A stretch of 32,000 nucleotides of DNA, from contig MGBH01000001.1 in the NCBI GenBank assembly GCA_001790095.1, positions 240,001 through 272,000 of the forward strand. The letters are read 5' to 3'. This DNA comes from Candidatus Saccharimonadota bacterium. Lineage in GTDB: Bacteria; Patescibacteriota; Microgenomatia; UBA1406; GWC2-37-13. The notes under the pieces were generated by a model. It was given only the letters and a program-made list of their open reading frames with translations. It ran no database searches and was not told where the DNA came from. A program made the translations under genes and the position numbers. The first letter of the stretch is position 1. Each line of letters starts with the position of its first letter. This document shows, one piece after another, positions 23,387 to 32,000 of the stretch.

Positions 23387-24313
23387 ATGACTCACACAGT
23401 TCAACTTACAGAATTTAGGTCAACTGACAATATTGTACTGCCTGCTCTATTATTTACACCAAACATTAAAACCAGCAAGATCGCACTCTATTTACACGGA
23501 AATGGCAGTTCATCTGTTTTTTACTCAGTAAAAAAAATGAATACTCTTGCAAAGACGTTATCCCAAAATGGAATTGCATTTTTCCCTTTTAACAATAGAG
23601 GTGCTCACTATATTCATAAACTTACTAAAGGAATAGGAAGTAATAAGACAGATGTTAAGATGGGCACCGCAAACGAATTAATTAAAGATTGTGTCTACGA
23701 TATTGATGGCGCAATAGATTTTCTTAAAGATAAGGGTTTTAACACTTTTTATCTTATAGGTAGTTCAACGGGTGCAAATAAGATAGTGGTATATCATTTT
23801 TATAAAAGAAAAAATCCCGTATCAAAATATATTCTTTTGAGCGGCGGTGATGATACGGGTTTATACTATGAAATGCTGGGAAGAAAAAAATTTAAAAATC
23901 TTCTTAGCAAAAGTAAAAAGGCTGTAAAAGAAAATAGAGGCGGTGAGCTTGTTACAAAGTATCTAGAAGGTGGTCTCATGTCCAATCAATCATTATTTGA
24001 CACAATCAATCCGGATGGCGACTACAACATTTTCCCTTTCAACGAGTATATGAATAAGCTTGATCTTTCAAAAAAAAATCTATTTCAGGAGTTTACAACA
24101 ATCGACAAACCCACACTTGTCATATACGGCGAGCAAGATGAATACTGCTACGGAAATGCTTCAAAATGCATGGCTATCCTTGAGGACCAAGTGCGGGGAA
24201 ATCCTTTATTTATATTCAAGATTATCAAAAATACAGACCACGGTTTTCATGGCAAGGAAAGTGAGTTGTCACAAACTATTAGTTTATGGTTAAAGAAAAA
24301 TGGAACAAGTTGA
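23387..24313 (+). CDS. Alpha/beta-fold hydrolase
   Basis: LYLHGNGSS, nucleophile elbow IGSSTGA, and C-terminal NTDHGF. Start set at ATG 23387 (MTHTVQL), downstream of TTGGTT-18 nt-TATAAT. The track start (23267) and ATG 23345 would overlap or abut the divergent gene. Confidence 0.7.
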   Translation: MTHTVQLTEFRSTDNIVLPALLFTPNIKTSKIALYLHGNGSSSVFYSVKKMNTLAKTLSQNGIAFFPFNNRGAHYIHKLTKGIGSNKTDVKMGTANELIKDCVYDIDGAIDFLKDKGFNTFYLIGSSTGANKIVVYHFYKRKNPVSKYILLSGGDDTGLYYEMLGRKKFKNLLSKSKKAVKENRGGELVTKYLEGGLMSNQSLFDTINPDGDYNIFPFNEYMNKLDLSKKNLFQEFTTIDKPTLVIYGEQDEYCYGNASKCMAILEDQVRGNPLFIFKIIKNTDHGFHGKESELSQTISLWLKKNGTS

Positions 24314-24809
24314 CATTGTTGATGAAAACGGAAAAGTCCTATACTCTGTCTCAAAACACGAGGCGCATATCAAAGGACTACTTCATATGACAGTCATTTC
24401 GGAAATCACCAACTCAAAAGGTGAATGGTTGTTAGTTAAACAGGCTTCAGACCGCCAAGATGCGGGTCAGTATGTATCACCGGTTGGAGGTCATGTGCAA
24501 ACCGGTGAGAGCTTGGAAGATGCACTAAAACGAGAAGTCTTTGAAGAAGTGGGTATAACTGCTTCAACATATCGATACATCGGAAAGAAAATATTTAACA
24601 GAGAAGTGTTGGGGAGAAAAGAAAACCACTATTTTTTTCTTTATGAGATTGTCTCGGATTCTCCTTTAAAATTAAACGGTGAGTCTGAAAGCTGTAGATG
24701 GTTTACAACGAGGGAGTTAAAAGAAGAACTTAAAAGAAATCCAAAAAAATTTGGAGACGCATTTCATTTTGTAGTCAAAGCATTTTTCAAAGACGTGTTA
24801 CTTATGTAA
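24300..24809 (+). CDS. Nudix hydrolase
   Basis: Nudix box GGHVQTGESLEDALKREVFEEVGI. The start overlaps the upstream gene by 14 nt. Confidence 0.85.
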   Translation: MEQVDIVDENGKVLYSVSKHEAHIKGLLHMTVISEITNSKGEWLLVKQASDRQDAGQYVSPVGGHVQTGESLEDALKREVFEEVGITASTYRYIGKKIFNREVLGRKENHYFFLYEIVSDSPLKLNGESESCRWFTTRELKEELKRNPKKFGDAFHFVVKAFFKDVLLM

Positions 24810-25750
24810 CCTATACGTATTCCCTTATTATTCTGGGTTCTTGCATTTTCGACTTCCTTTTTAAAAGACACGTCTTCACTTGAGAGAGTTCTTAATTTGC
24901 CGTTTTCAAGAAAGTATGGATCGACAAACCGGAATTTTTTGAAATGTCTTTTTCTTGTTTTCATGAGGTGGGAAAGATTCTTCTGCCGCATTGTTTTAAG
25001 GATGCGGGCAATTTTGAGGTTTGAAGAGCTAGTCATTTTATCTAAAACTGTTTTTTCATCACCTGTAAAATCATTGTGGGTAATCAATTTTTTTCTTAGC
25101 GCTTCTCGAAGTGCATCCGCAAAAAGGCGATATCTTGTAACCGCTTCATATCCTCCCCAGTGACTTACTTGTTTTTTAAGAAAGTTGTGGGCAAAGGTAT
25201 GAGTACTCTTTTTATTTTTGAAAATTATTCTGTTATTGAATGTTGTAAGGCGTCGAAAACAGCTTTGGGCGGTTTGAGGGTCAAACTCTCGTAAAGCGTA
25301 GTCTATCCGGTCTGCACATAGATTTGGAATTTCTTGCTCAAGAAGCGGATACTTTTTGTAATCTGTGACAGTATACAGACTCAATCCGTTCATTTTTAAA
25401 ATTCTCACAATCTCTGTTTTTTTTATAAAATTAAAGTGCTGATCATCTTGGTAGTTTTCGTTTTTTCCTGTTCCAACAACCCAGTCTATTACGTGCGAAA
25501 ATGTTGTATGGGATACATCATGCAAAAGACCCGCAATTTGTTCATTATCAGACGCTCCTAAGTGTTTGAGAAGAAGGAATACACCGATACTATGTTCGTA
25601 TCTGCTGTAGTTTTTTATATGGTAAAAAGTAGTTGGAGGACCCATCTGAGAAATATTCTTTAATCTTTGGAACGGTTTTGACTCAATTAATGCAGCAATT
25701 AAGGGAGAGGATATGTTAAAAGAGCCATATATCCTGTCTTTTAAAATCAT
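24764..25750 (-). CDS. HD-domain phosphohydrolase (COG1078 / SAMHD1-like layout)
   Basis: FQRLKNISQMG, RYEHSIGVFLL and LLHDVSHTTFSH metal-ligand motifs. The 3' end overlaps the convergent Nudix gene by 46 nt. Confidence 0.8.
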   Translation of the reverse strand: MILKDRIYGSFNISSPLIAALIESKPFQRLKNISQMGPPTTFYHIKNYSRYEHSIGVFLLLKHLGASDNEQIAGLLHDVSHTTFSHVIDWVVGTGKNENYQDDQHFNFIKKTEIVRILKMNGLSLYTVTDYKKYPLLEQEIPNLCADRIDYALREFDPQTAQSCFRRLTTFNNRIIFKNKKSTHTFAHNFLKKQVSHWGGYEAVTRYRLFADALREALRKKLITHNDFTGDEKTVLDKMTSSSNLKIARILKTMRQKNLSHLMKTRKRHFKKFRFVDPYFLENGKLRTLSSEDVSFKKEVENARTQNNKGIRIGYISNTSLKNALTTK

Positions 25751-25763
25751 GTGAATTTAGGTT

Positions 25764-27545
25764 TTACTTTGCGTAAATCCTGTATAAATTACTTCCTATT
25801 TTTTCATTTTTAAATATAGTTATTTTTCCTATTTCCTTTGTATTCTTTACATGGGGGCCACCGCAAAACTCCTTAGAATAGTTACCAATAAAATATACTT
25901 TTACCATATCCGGGTACTTTTCGCGGAAAAAGGATTTGGCGCCGAGTTTTTCTGCTTCAGCCTTAGGCAGTATTTTAAACTCCACAGGGAGAGCTTCTTG
26001 TATTTTTGAGTTGATGGTGTCCTGAGCCTTTGCAATCTGTTCGGGTGACGGCTTTTGGGTTGAGTAAAAATCAAACCTGAGACGTTCACCGGTTATATTT
26101 GAGCCTTCCTGTCTGATCTCGGATCCTAAAACATCATAAAGTGCTTGGTGGAGCAAGTGGGTCGCTGTATGGTAGTTGAGGGTTTGAGCACTATTATCTG
26201 CAAGCCCACCCTTAAACTTTCCCGATGAGGCGGTACGGGATAAATCTTTATGTTTTTGGAACTCTGCGTAAAATTGTTTTTTATCAACGGTTTGTCCTTT
26301 TTCCCTAAAAAGTTCCTCGGTGATCTCTAACGGGAATCCGTAGGATTGATAAATATCAAAAGCTTGTTTTCCGTCAATAGTCTGAATTTTTTGGATCTCT
26401 TTGAGTCCCCGATCAATGCTTTTGCTGAAACGATTTATTTCCTCAACGATGACGTTCGTAATGAGTTTTTTATCTTGTTCACGGTCAAAGTGAACTTTAT
26501 CGTAGGTGACCAAGACTCCTTGATCGGCGATCAATCCCAGTTCCTTTGCATTGAGTTTACCAGTTAGCTTGTGCATTTTTACCGCCGCTCTTCTTAGTAG
26601 TCTTCGAAGAAAATAACCCTGTTCTTTGTTGGAAGGATAGACACCGTTTTTGATAATAAAAACAGACGCCTTTATGTGATCTGCTATGACACGAATCTGG
26701 GATTTATTTTCAAGATCGGTATATTTTTTGCTCGATGATTGTTCGATAGACGTAATGATTGTTGCATATAGATCAGTTTTAAAGATATCAGGATCGTTGT
26801 TTACGGCTGCAAGTATCCGTTCCAGGCCGCCTCCGAAATCCACATTTTTTTCAGGTAGTTCACTAAAGGACCCGTCGGTATTTTTCTTAAACTGCATAAA
26901 GACCGAATTTCCTATTTCCAAGAAGCGTCCGCAATCACAATTAGGATGGCACTTCTCACCATATGTGGGATTATGCTCCACCTGAGTGAATTCATAAAAC
27001 ACTTCGCTATCCGGTCCTCCGGGTTCACCGGGCGGCATATTTTCTGGCACGCCTGCCCGTGACCACCAGCTTTCAGGTCCGTAGCGGAAAATATGATTTT
27101 CTTTTAATCCCAATTTTTTCCAGGTTTCATAAGTTTCTTCATCTGCTCCTATGTTTTTTATCCCTGCAAAAACAGCAACGTATAATTTCTCTTTGGGAAG
27201 TTTCAAAATATCTGTGAGAAATTCCCAAAACCAAGTGATCTGCTCTTTTTTGAAGTAAGTTCCAAGCGACCAGTTACCCATCATCTCAAAAAAGGTAGTG
27301 TGTCTGTTATCTCCGATTTCTTCGATGTCTTGCGAGCGGAAACAGGGTTGGATGTTATATAATTTCTTTCCTAACGGGTGTGGTTCGCCAAGAAGGTAGG
27401 GAACTAATTGTTGCATGCCAGATCCTGTGAATAATGTGGTTGGGTCATCTTTTGGTACAAGAGGGATTGGGGGGATTTCTTTATGATCATGCGACAGGCA
27501 ATATTTCATAAAAAGCTCCCTAAGTTTGAAATGAGTCATTGCCAT
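25764..27545 (-). CDS. alaS: Alanyl-tRNA synthetase, short form (catalytic + minimal editing domain, no C-Ala domain)
   Basis: DPTTLFTGSGMQQ, FEMMGNWSLGTYFK and GGGLERILAAV. Editing-site zinc motifs HTATHLLHQAL and CGGPHV. The ORF ends ~30 aa after CGGPHV (593 aa). Confidence 0.9.
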   Translation of the reverse strand: MAMTHFKLRELFMKYCLSHDHKEIPPIPLVPKDDPTTLFTGSGMQQLVPYLLGEPHPLGKKLYNIQPCFRSQDIEEIGDNRHTTFFEMMGNWSLGTYFKKEQITWFWEFLTDILKLPKEKLYVAVFAGIKNIGADEETYETWKKLGLKENHIFRYGPESWWSRAGVPENMPPGEPGGPDSEVFYEFTQVEHNPTYGEKCHPNCDCGRFLEIGNSVFMQFKKNTDGSFSELPEKNVDFGGGLERILAAVNNDPDIFKTDLYATIITSIEQSSSKKYTDLENKSQIRVIADHIKASVFIIKNGVYPSNKEQGYFLRRLLRRAAVKMHKLTGKLNAKELGLIADQGVLVTYDKVHFDREQDKKLITNVIVEEINRFSKSIDRGLKEIQKIQTIDGKQAFDIYQSYGFPLEITEELFREKGQTVDKKQFYAEFQKHKDLSRTASSGKFKGGLADNSAQTLNYHTATHLLHQALYDVLGSEIRQEGSNITGERLRFDFYSTQKPSPEQIAKAQDTINSKIQEALPVEFKILPKAEAEKLGAKSFFREKYPDMVKVYFIGNYSKEFCGGPHVKNTKEIGKITIFKNEKIGSNLYRIYAK

Positions 27546-27608
27546 AATGTAAAATTATAACACGTAAGTTAACTTAAATAAAAAAATTTGCAAGATTTGG
27601 ATTCATCC

Positions 27609-28541
27609 ATGCTCATAAAAACATCAGATATTGACTCAATAAAACCATTTCTCACTAAACTGCATCTTCCAAGCAGAGACTCCCATAAAGGGCAAAACGG
27701 GAAAGTGATGCTAATTGGCGGATCGCATCTTTTTCACAGTGCAATCATATGGCCAGCTGAAGTTGCTTCATACTTTGTTGATATGGTACATGTGGCATCG
27801 ACAAAAGAGAATAATACAATTATTAATTCTATAAAGAAGAAATGGCGAAACGGTATTGTCATACCGCAAATTCAAATTGATGAATACATTAGAGAAGATG
27901 ATGCGATACTTTTAGGTACAGGAATGATGAGAGAAGAAAAAAAACAGGTGGTTGGTCCGGAACCCAAAGATCTAAACTCAATCCTTGATAATAAAAATGA
28001 AGGCAAAAAAACATTCGAACTGACTCAATACCTTTTAAAAAGATTTCCTGAAAAAAAATGGGTTATAGACGCTGGTTCTTTACAGATGATGGATGTGGTT
28101 TGGCTTATGAATTTACGTACCAAACCCATTCTAACACCCCACCAAAAAGAGTTTACATCCTTATTTGGAGAGCATATCGTTGATTACGACAGAGACAAGA
28201 AACAAGAGACAGTTAGGAAATATGCGCTTAAGTATAAATGCATCATCTTGCTTAAAGCGGGATATGATATTATTTCCGATGGAGAATCAACTTTTGTCGT
28301 TGAAGGAGGAAATGCAGGATTAACCAAGGGCGGAACGGGAGATGTTTTGTCAGGAATCATTGTTTCATTCTTTGCCAAAAATGACCCCCTAGTCTCCTGT
28401 CTATTAGCCTCCTATCTCTTAAAAAAAACGTCAGAGATACTTTATGAAAAAAAGGCTTTTTGGTATAATAATTCTGATATTATTCCCCGTCTTCCTGAGG
28501 TTTTAAACACATTGATACGACAATGTAAATTAAATATATAA
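27609..28541 (+). CDS. nnrD: NAD(P)HX dehydratase (YjeF C-terminal / carbohydrate-kinase family)
   Basis: HKGQNGKVMLIGGS and GNAGLTKGGTGDVLSGII. ATG 27609 is preferred over the track's TTG at 27588. Confidence 0.8.
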   Translation: MLIKTSDIDSIKPFLTKLHLPSRDSHKGQNGKVMLIGGSHLFHSAIIWPAEVASYFVDMVHVASTKENNTIINSIKKKWRNGIVIPQIQIDEYIREDDAILLGTGMMREEKKQVVGPEPKDLNSILDNKNEGKKTFELTQYLLKRFPEKKWVIDAGSLQMMDVVWLMNLRTKPILTPHQKEFTSLFGEHIVDYDRDKKQETVRKYALKYKCIILLKAGYDIISDGESTFVVEGGNAGLTKGGTGDVLSGIIVSFFAKNDPLVSCLLASYLLKKTSEILYEKKAFWYNNSDIIPRLPEVLNTLIRQCKLNI

Positions 28542-28554
28542 TGTCTTTCTAAGG

Positions 28555-28583
28555 TTGACAGATAAGACAAAATGAAGTAGTAT
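28555..28583 (+). promoter_or_regulatory. Candidate sigma-70 promoter
   Basis: TTGACA (28555-28560), 17 nt, TAGTAT (28578-28583). An AAGGAA Shine-Dalgarno sequence lies at 28590-28595, before ATG 28602. Confidence 0.45.
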
Positions 28584-28601
28584 TAATATTAAGGAATCTG
28601 T

Positions 28602-29033
28602 ATGAAAAAAGAAACAATTTTTGCCATTATGCTCGGAATTGCCTTTGGAGTAATCGTATCTTTTTTTATGATCTCAAAGACAAAAGATAATCAACTAGGT
28701 AAGTCAAAACCCCTTACCAACGAAAAGAAAATCATTATTCCAACTGGAAAAATTGATATTCAAACACAAACATTTAAAATACTTGAGCCTCAAGATAAAC
28801 AAATTTTTAATTCAAATACAATCTCTATAAAAGGGGAGGCAGAAAAAGACTCGCTTCTCATCATACAGTCTCCTATTAAGGACCTCGTATACAAAGTGCC
28901 CACAGAAAAATTTGTAGTAGAGATGCCTCTTGCACTAGGAGAAAATATTATCAACCTTACTTTATATCCAAAAAACACCCAGGGTCGAATACAACAAAAA
29001 GACTTACGAATTTATTATCTTGAAGAACAATAA
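28602..29033 (+). CDS. Small membrane-anchored protein, unknown function
   Basis: One of the few genes here with a clear Shine-Dalgarno sequence. It has an N-terminal TM helix (IFAIMLGIAFGVIVSFFMI) and a beta-rich C-terminal ~100 aa. No family recognised. Confidence 0.6.
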   Translation: MKKETIFAIMLGIAFGVIVSFFMISKTKDNQLGKSKPLTNEKKIIIPTGKIDIQTQTFKILEPQDKQIFNSNTISIKGEAEKDSLLIIQSPIKDLVYKVPTEKFVVEMPLALGENIINLTLYPKNTQGRIQQKDLRIYYLEEQ

Positions 29034-29041
29034 CTAAACCT

Positions 29042-29746
29042 ATGAAAAAAAAGAACGCAATATTACTGATAGCAGCATTTGTGCTTTTTTGTACCGGTAA
29101 TGTACTGGCTGAAGTAGTTGAACCCACCATATCGTCCGGGTCAGGTACGGTTAAAGAGGATAAAGAGATAAAGGGCTTAAAAGAACGGCTTGCCAATAAG
29201 GTCGCAGAGATAAGAAAAAAAGACCAAAAGGCTGTTGGAGGTTTCGCTATAGTAAAGGATGATAAAATTTCCCTTAAAAACGATGAGGGGATAGATCTGA
29301 CCGTAAAGATTGATGAGTCTTTGACCAAACTGTATCAAATCGCTGGAACAGCAAAAAAGGAGATAAAATCAAGCGACATAAAGACAGACTCATATCTTAT
29401 TGTTACCGGTCCGATTGTTGACACAACGATAAACGCTAATTTTGTTTTTGTTGATGAGACGTATATTGTACAGTCAGGGAAAATTACAGAAGTCAGTAAG
29501 AGCGATTTTTACATCAAAGTTATGTCGGCAGACAAGCAAGTATATCAATTAGATATTGAGTCCACAACAAAACAGAACATGCTCAATATTAAGACATTAG
29601 AAATTGAAAAAACTGGGTTTTCCAAAATCAAAGAAGGCGATACGGTACACTTTGCGGCCAAGAAAGATCGATCTGAGGATAGTTCAAACAATAGATTTGC
29701 TGCCCAAAAAATACTCGTTATCCCACAAGAATATTTCATCAAGTAA
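29042..29746 (+). CDS. Secreted protein, unknown function
   Basis: Signal-peptide-like N-terminus MKKKNAILLIAAFVLFCTGNVLAE followed by a Lys-rich beta-rich body. No family recognised. Confidence 0.6.
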   Translation: MKKKNAILLIAAFVLFCTGNVLAEVVEPTISSGSGTVKEDKEIKGLKERLANKVAEIRKKDQKAVGGFAIVKDDKISLKNDEGIDLTVKIDESLTKLYQIAGTAKKEIKSSDIKTDSYLIVTGPIVDTTINANFVFVDETYIVQSGKITEVSKSDFYIKVMSADKQVYQLDIESTTKQNMLNIKTLEIEKTGFSKIKEGDTVHFAAKKDRSEDSSNNRFAAQKILVIPQEYFIK

Positions 29747-29766
29747 AAGGGTTTTTGGTCCCTTTT
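29745..29766 (+). terminator. Weak hairpin + T-tract after the 234-aa gene
   Basis: AAAGGG (29746-29751), 8-nt loop, CCCTTT (29760-29765), then T. The stem is AT-rich. Confidence 0.25.
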
Positions 29767-29790
29767 ACACATTTTATGTGAATAAATAAT

Positions 29791-32000
29791 ATGTTTACCT
29801 TTGTAAAGAAATTGTTTGACTTTAACCAAAAAGAAATAAGTCGATTACAAAAGAAGGTGGATACGATCAATGCCCTTGAAGATGAGGTCAGGAAACTGCA
29901 AGACGCTGACTTTGTAAGTGAGACCAATAAGTTAAAAGAGATGATCCAGTCAGGAAAAAAAACACAAAGTGAGATTCTACCCTGGACATATGCTTTGGTA
30001 AGAGAGGCTGCAAGGAGAGTCTTGGGCGAGAGACACTATGACGTACAACTTTTAGCAGGGATTGCTCTACATGAAGGGAAAATAGTGGAACAGAAGACAG
30101 GTGAAGGAAAAACACTATCTGCAACGACCGCTCTCTATCTAAATGCCTTGACTGGTAAGGGTGCACATTTAGTGACAGTAAATGATTATCTTGCTCGTCG
30201 TGATGCCGGATGGATGGGGAAAGTATTTCATTTTTTAGGTTTAAAAACTGCGGCAATGATCGCAGAGCAGTCTTTTATCTACGACAATGAGTTTGAGGAT
30301 AAAGAGGTACATGATTGGCGCCTTGTCCACCTCAAATCCGTATCGCGGAATGAAGCGTATTTGGCAGATATAGTTTATGGTATAAACAGCGAGTTTGGGT
30401 TTGACTATCTTAGAGACAACATGGCCTCTTCACCCCATGACTTAGTGCAAAGAGGTTTCCATTTTGCCGTTATTGATGAAGCAGACTCAGTTCTTATAGA
30501 TGAAGCACGTACTCCACACATCATTTCCGCTCCATATGAAGAAGATACTTCAAAATATTACAAATATGCTGGGATTGTCAAACAACTTGATCCACAAAAA
30601 GACTACAAAATCGATGAAAAATCAAGAACTGCAAACTTAACGGAAGAGGGAGTAAAACATATAGAAACTATTTTAGGGATGGAGAATATTTATGAGAAAG
30701 ACTTCGACACATTATTTCACATAGAAGCATCGCTTAAAGCAGAGGCATTGTTTAAAAATAATAAAGAATATATTGTTAAAGACGGGCAGATTGTAATTGT
30801 CGACGAATTCACAGGACGACTTCTTGAAGGAAGACGTTTTTCTGAGGGCATACATCAAGCAATAGAAGCAAAAGAGGGAGTGAAGATACAGCGTGAATCA
30901 AAGACACTAGCTACTGTATCCTTACAAAATTATTTCAGAATGTATGAGAAAATTGCAGGAATGACCGGTACTGCAGCCACAGAAGCTGAAGAATTCCATA
31001 AGATCTATAAAGCTGATGTTTTAACTGCGCCTACCCATCGTCCGATGGTCAGAAAAGATCATCCTGACATGATTTTTAAAACAGAAAAGGGGAAATGGGA
31101 CGCAGTGGTTGAAGAAATTGCTACCAATTACAAAACAGGTCGGCCTGTCTTAGTCGGAACCACCTCCATCGAAAAAAATGAACATCTATCTCATCTTTTA
31201 AAAGTAAAAGGTATTCCTCATGAGTTACTTAATGCAAAAAACCACGAACATGAGGCCTCAATCATTGCCTCAGCGGGAAAAAAAGGTAGTGTAACGGTTG
31301 CAACCAATATGGCCGGTCGAGGAGTAGATATTATACTGGGAGGAATGCCGCCAAATCAAACAAACGATGCAGATGTCGAATATAAAAATAAAAAAATAAA
31401 ATGGCAGAATGAACATGATGAGGTTGTTGCACTTGGGGGTCTTTATGTCATTGGAACAGAACGACATGAGTCTCGCAGGATTGATAATCAATTAAGAGGT
31501 CGTGCAGGAAGACAGGGGGATCCAGGCGAAACATGTTTTTTTGTCGCACTTGAGGACGATCTCATGAGGATTTTCGGCGGAGAGCAGATTTCGCGTCTCA
31601 TGACTTTTTTTAACTTTCCGGAAGATCAACCTCTAAGTCATCCTATGGTGTCAAAAGCAATCGAACAAGCCCAGGTGAAAGTGGAAGGATTCAATTTTGA
31701 TATCAGAAAACATCTCGTTGATTTTGATGATGTTTTAAACAAACAACGCGATATTATATACGCTAGGCGCCGAAAGATACTCTACTCTTCTGAAGAAAAA
31801 AAACAAGAGTTTAAGGGGGAAGTATTGGGGATGCTTAATGAAGAGGTGCAAAGAATCGTTGCTCAGTTTACATTTGAAGATGTGGAGTTAAATACAGATA
31901 TGTTAGTTAAGATTGGAAACGAGTTAAATTTTGTTCTCCCATTTGATCACGGAAAGCTACTAAGCTTTGCAAAAAACAAAGACACAGTTGGTATGAGTAA
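29791..32000 (+). CDS. secA: Preprotein translocase ATPase SecA (3' end outside window)
   Basis: Absent from the ORF track because no stop falls in the window. Read by hand from ATG 29791: MFTFVKKLFDFNQKEISRL, TGEGKTL, TVNDYLARRD, VIDEADSVLIDEARTP, ATNMAGRGVDI, GTERHESRRIDNQLRGRAGRQGDPG. Confidence 0.95.
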   Translation, partial: MFTFVKKLFDFNQKEISRLQKKVDTINALEDEVRKLQDADFVSETNKLKEMIQSGKKTQSEILPWTYALVREAARRVLGERHYDVQLLAGIALHEGKIVEQKTGEGKTLSATTALYLNALTGKGAHLVTVNDYLARRDAGWMGKVFHFLGLKTAAMIAEQSFIYDNEFEDKEVHDWRLVHLKSVSRNEAYLADIVYGINSEFGFDYLRDNMASSPHDLVQRGFHFAVIDEADSVLIDEARTPHIISAPYEEDTSKYYKYAGIVKQLDPQKDYKIDEKSRTANLTEEGVKHIETILGMENIYEKDFDTLFHIEASLKAEALFKNNKEYIVKDGQIVIVDEFTGRLLEGRRFSEGIHQAIEAKEGVKIQRESKTLATVSLQNYFRMYEKIAGMTGTAATEAEEFHKIYKADVLTAPTHRPMVRKDHPDMIFKTEKGKWDAVVEEIATNYKTGRPVLVGTTSIEKNEHLSHLLKVKGIPHELLNAKNHEHEASIIASAGKKGSVTVATNMAGRGVDIILGGMPPNQTNDADVEYKNKKIKWQNEHDEVVALGGLYVIGTERHESRRIDNQLRGRAGRQGDPGETCFFVALEDDLMRIFGGEQISRLMTFFNFPEDQPLSHPMVSKAIEQAQVKVEGFNFDIRKHLVDFDDVLNKQRDIIYARRRKILYSSEEKKQEFKGEVLGMLNEEVQRIVAQFTFEDVELNTDMLVKIGNELNFVLPFDHGKLLSFAKNKDTVGMS

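Noticed and set aside
22999-31491. Remaining short track ORFs (22999-23208, 24060-24293, 24897-25163, 25901-26089, 26346-26567, 26686-26985, 28184-28378, 28790-28978, 28957-29328, 29545-29829, 29604-29789, 29739-29927, 29888-30256, 31270-31491)
   Set aside because: Each is embedded in, or antisense to, a better-supported gene (tRNA-binding protein, hydrolase, HD, alaS, nnrD, the two envelope proteins, secA). The 29739-30256 and 31270-31491 ORFs are antisense to the secA frame that the track omitted.
1-32000. Search for CRISPR arrays, rRNA, transposases/integrases, inverted terminal repeats and toxin-antitoxin pairs
   Set aside because: I found no regularly spaced direct repeats, no rRNA-like segments, and no ORFs with DDE, tyrosine-recombinase or serine-recombinase motifs. 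The only repeats found are the 21-nt and 11-nt ones reported above.

Overview
This is a gene-dense, AT-rich bacterial chromosome segment. I can support 28 conventional protein-coding genes (two cut by the window edges), three speculative micro-ORFs and one tRNA-Glu(CUC). I saw no rRNA, CRISPR array, transposase or integrase. The content suggests a reduced-genome Patescibacteria/CPR (Microgenomates-like) organism: a class I LysRS, shortened AlaRS and UvrD-type helicase, sortase plus an LPXTG substrate, VanW, a membrane-tethered orphan solute-binding protein, many 1-20 nt or overlapping gene junctions, and few Shine-Dalgarno sequences. That placement is inference only. Layout: LPXTG protein 3' end and tpiA (1-1060); helicase and acetyltransferase (1.1-3.5 kb); VanW (3.5-5.0 kb); a plus-strand envelope operon of solute-binding protein, 689-aa membrane protein, sortase and PBP1A (5.0-11.8 kb); M20 peptidase (11.8-12.8 kb); the minus-strand greA-lysK-rdgB-serS operon (16.7-21.4 kb); tRNA-Glu plus an unassigned ~300-nt segment (21.4-21.9 kb); thioredoxin-fold protein, tRNA-binding domain protein, alpha/beta hydrolase, Nudix, HD hydrolase, alaS, nnrD, two small envelope proteins and secA (21.9-32.0 kb). 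The most unusual part is a minus-strand cassette at 12.87-16.72 kb. It encodes an enlarged GCS2/YbdK-type carboxylate-amine ligase, a GNAT fusion protein and a sigma-region-4-like HTH protein. Two promoter / micro-ORF / GC-rich hairpin modules punctuate it and share a 21-nt exact repeat. Apart from one hairpin at 21.85 kb, these are the only strong GC-rich hairpins I found. I read the cassette as a candidate, apparently uncharacterised peptide- or metabolite-amidoligase system. The second notable item is a class I LysRS fused to a PheRS-type B3/B4 domain. All family calls come from by-eye motif recognition. No searches were run.
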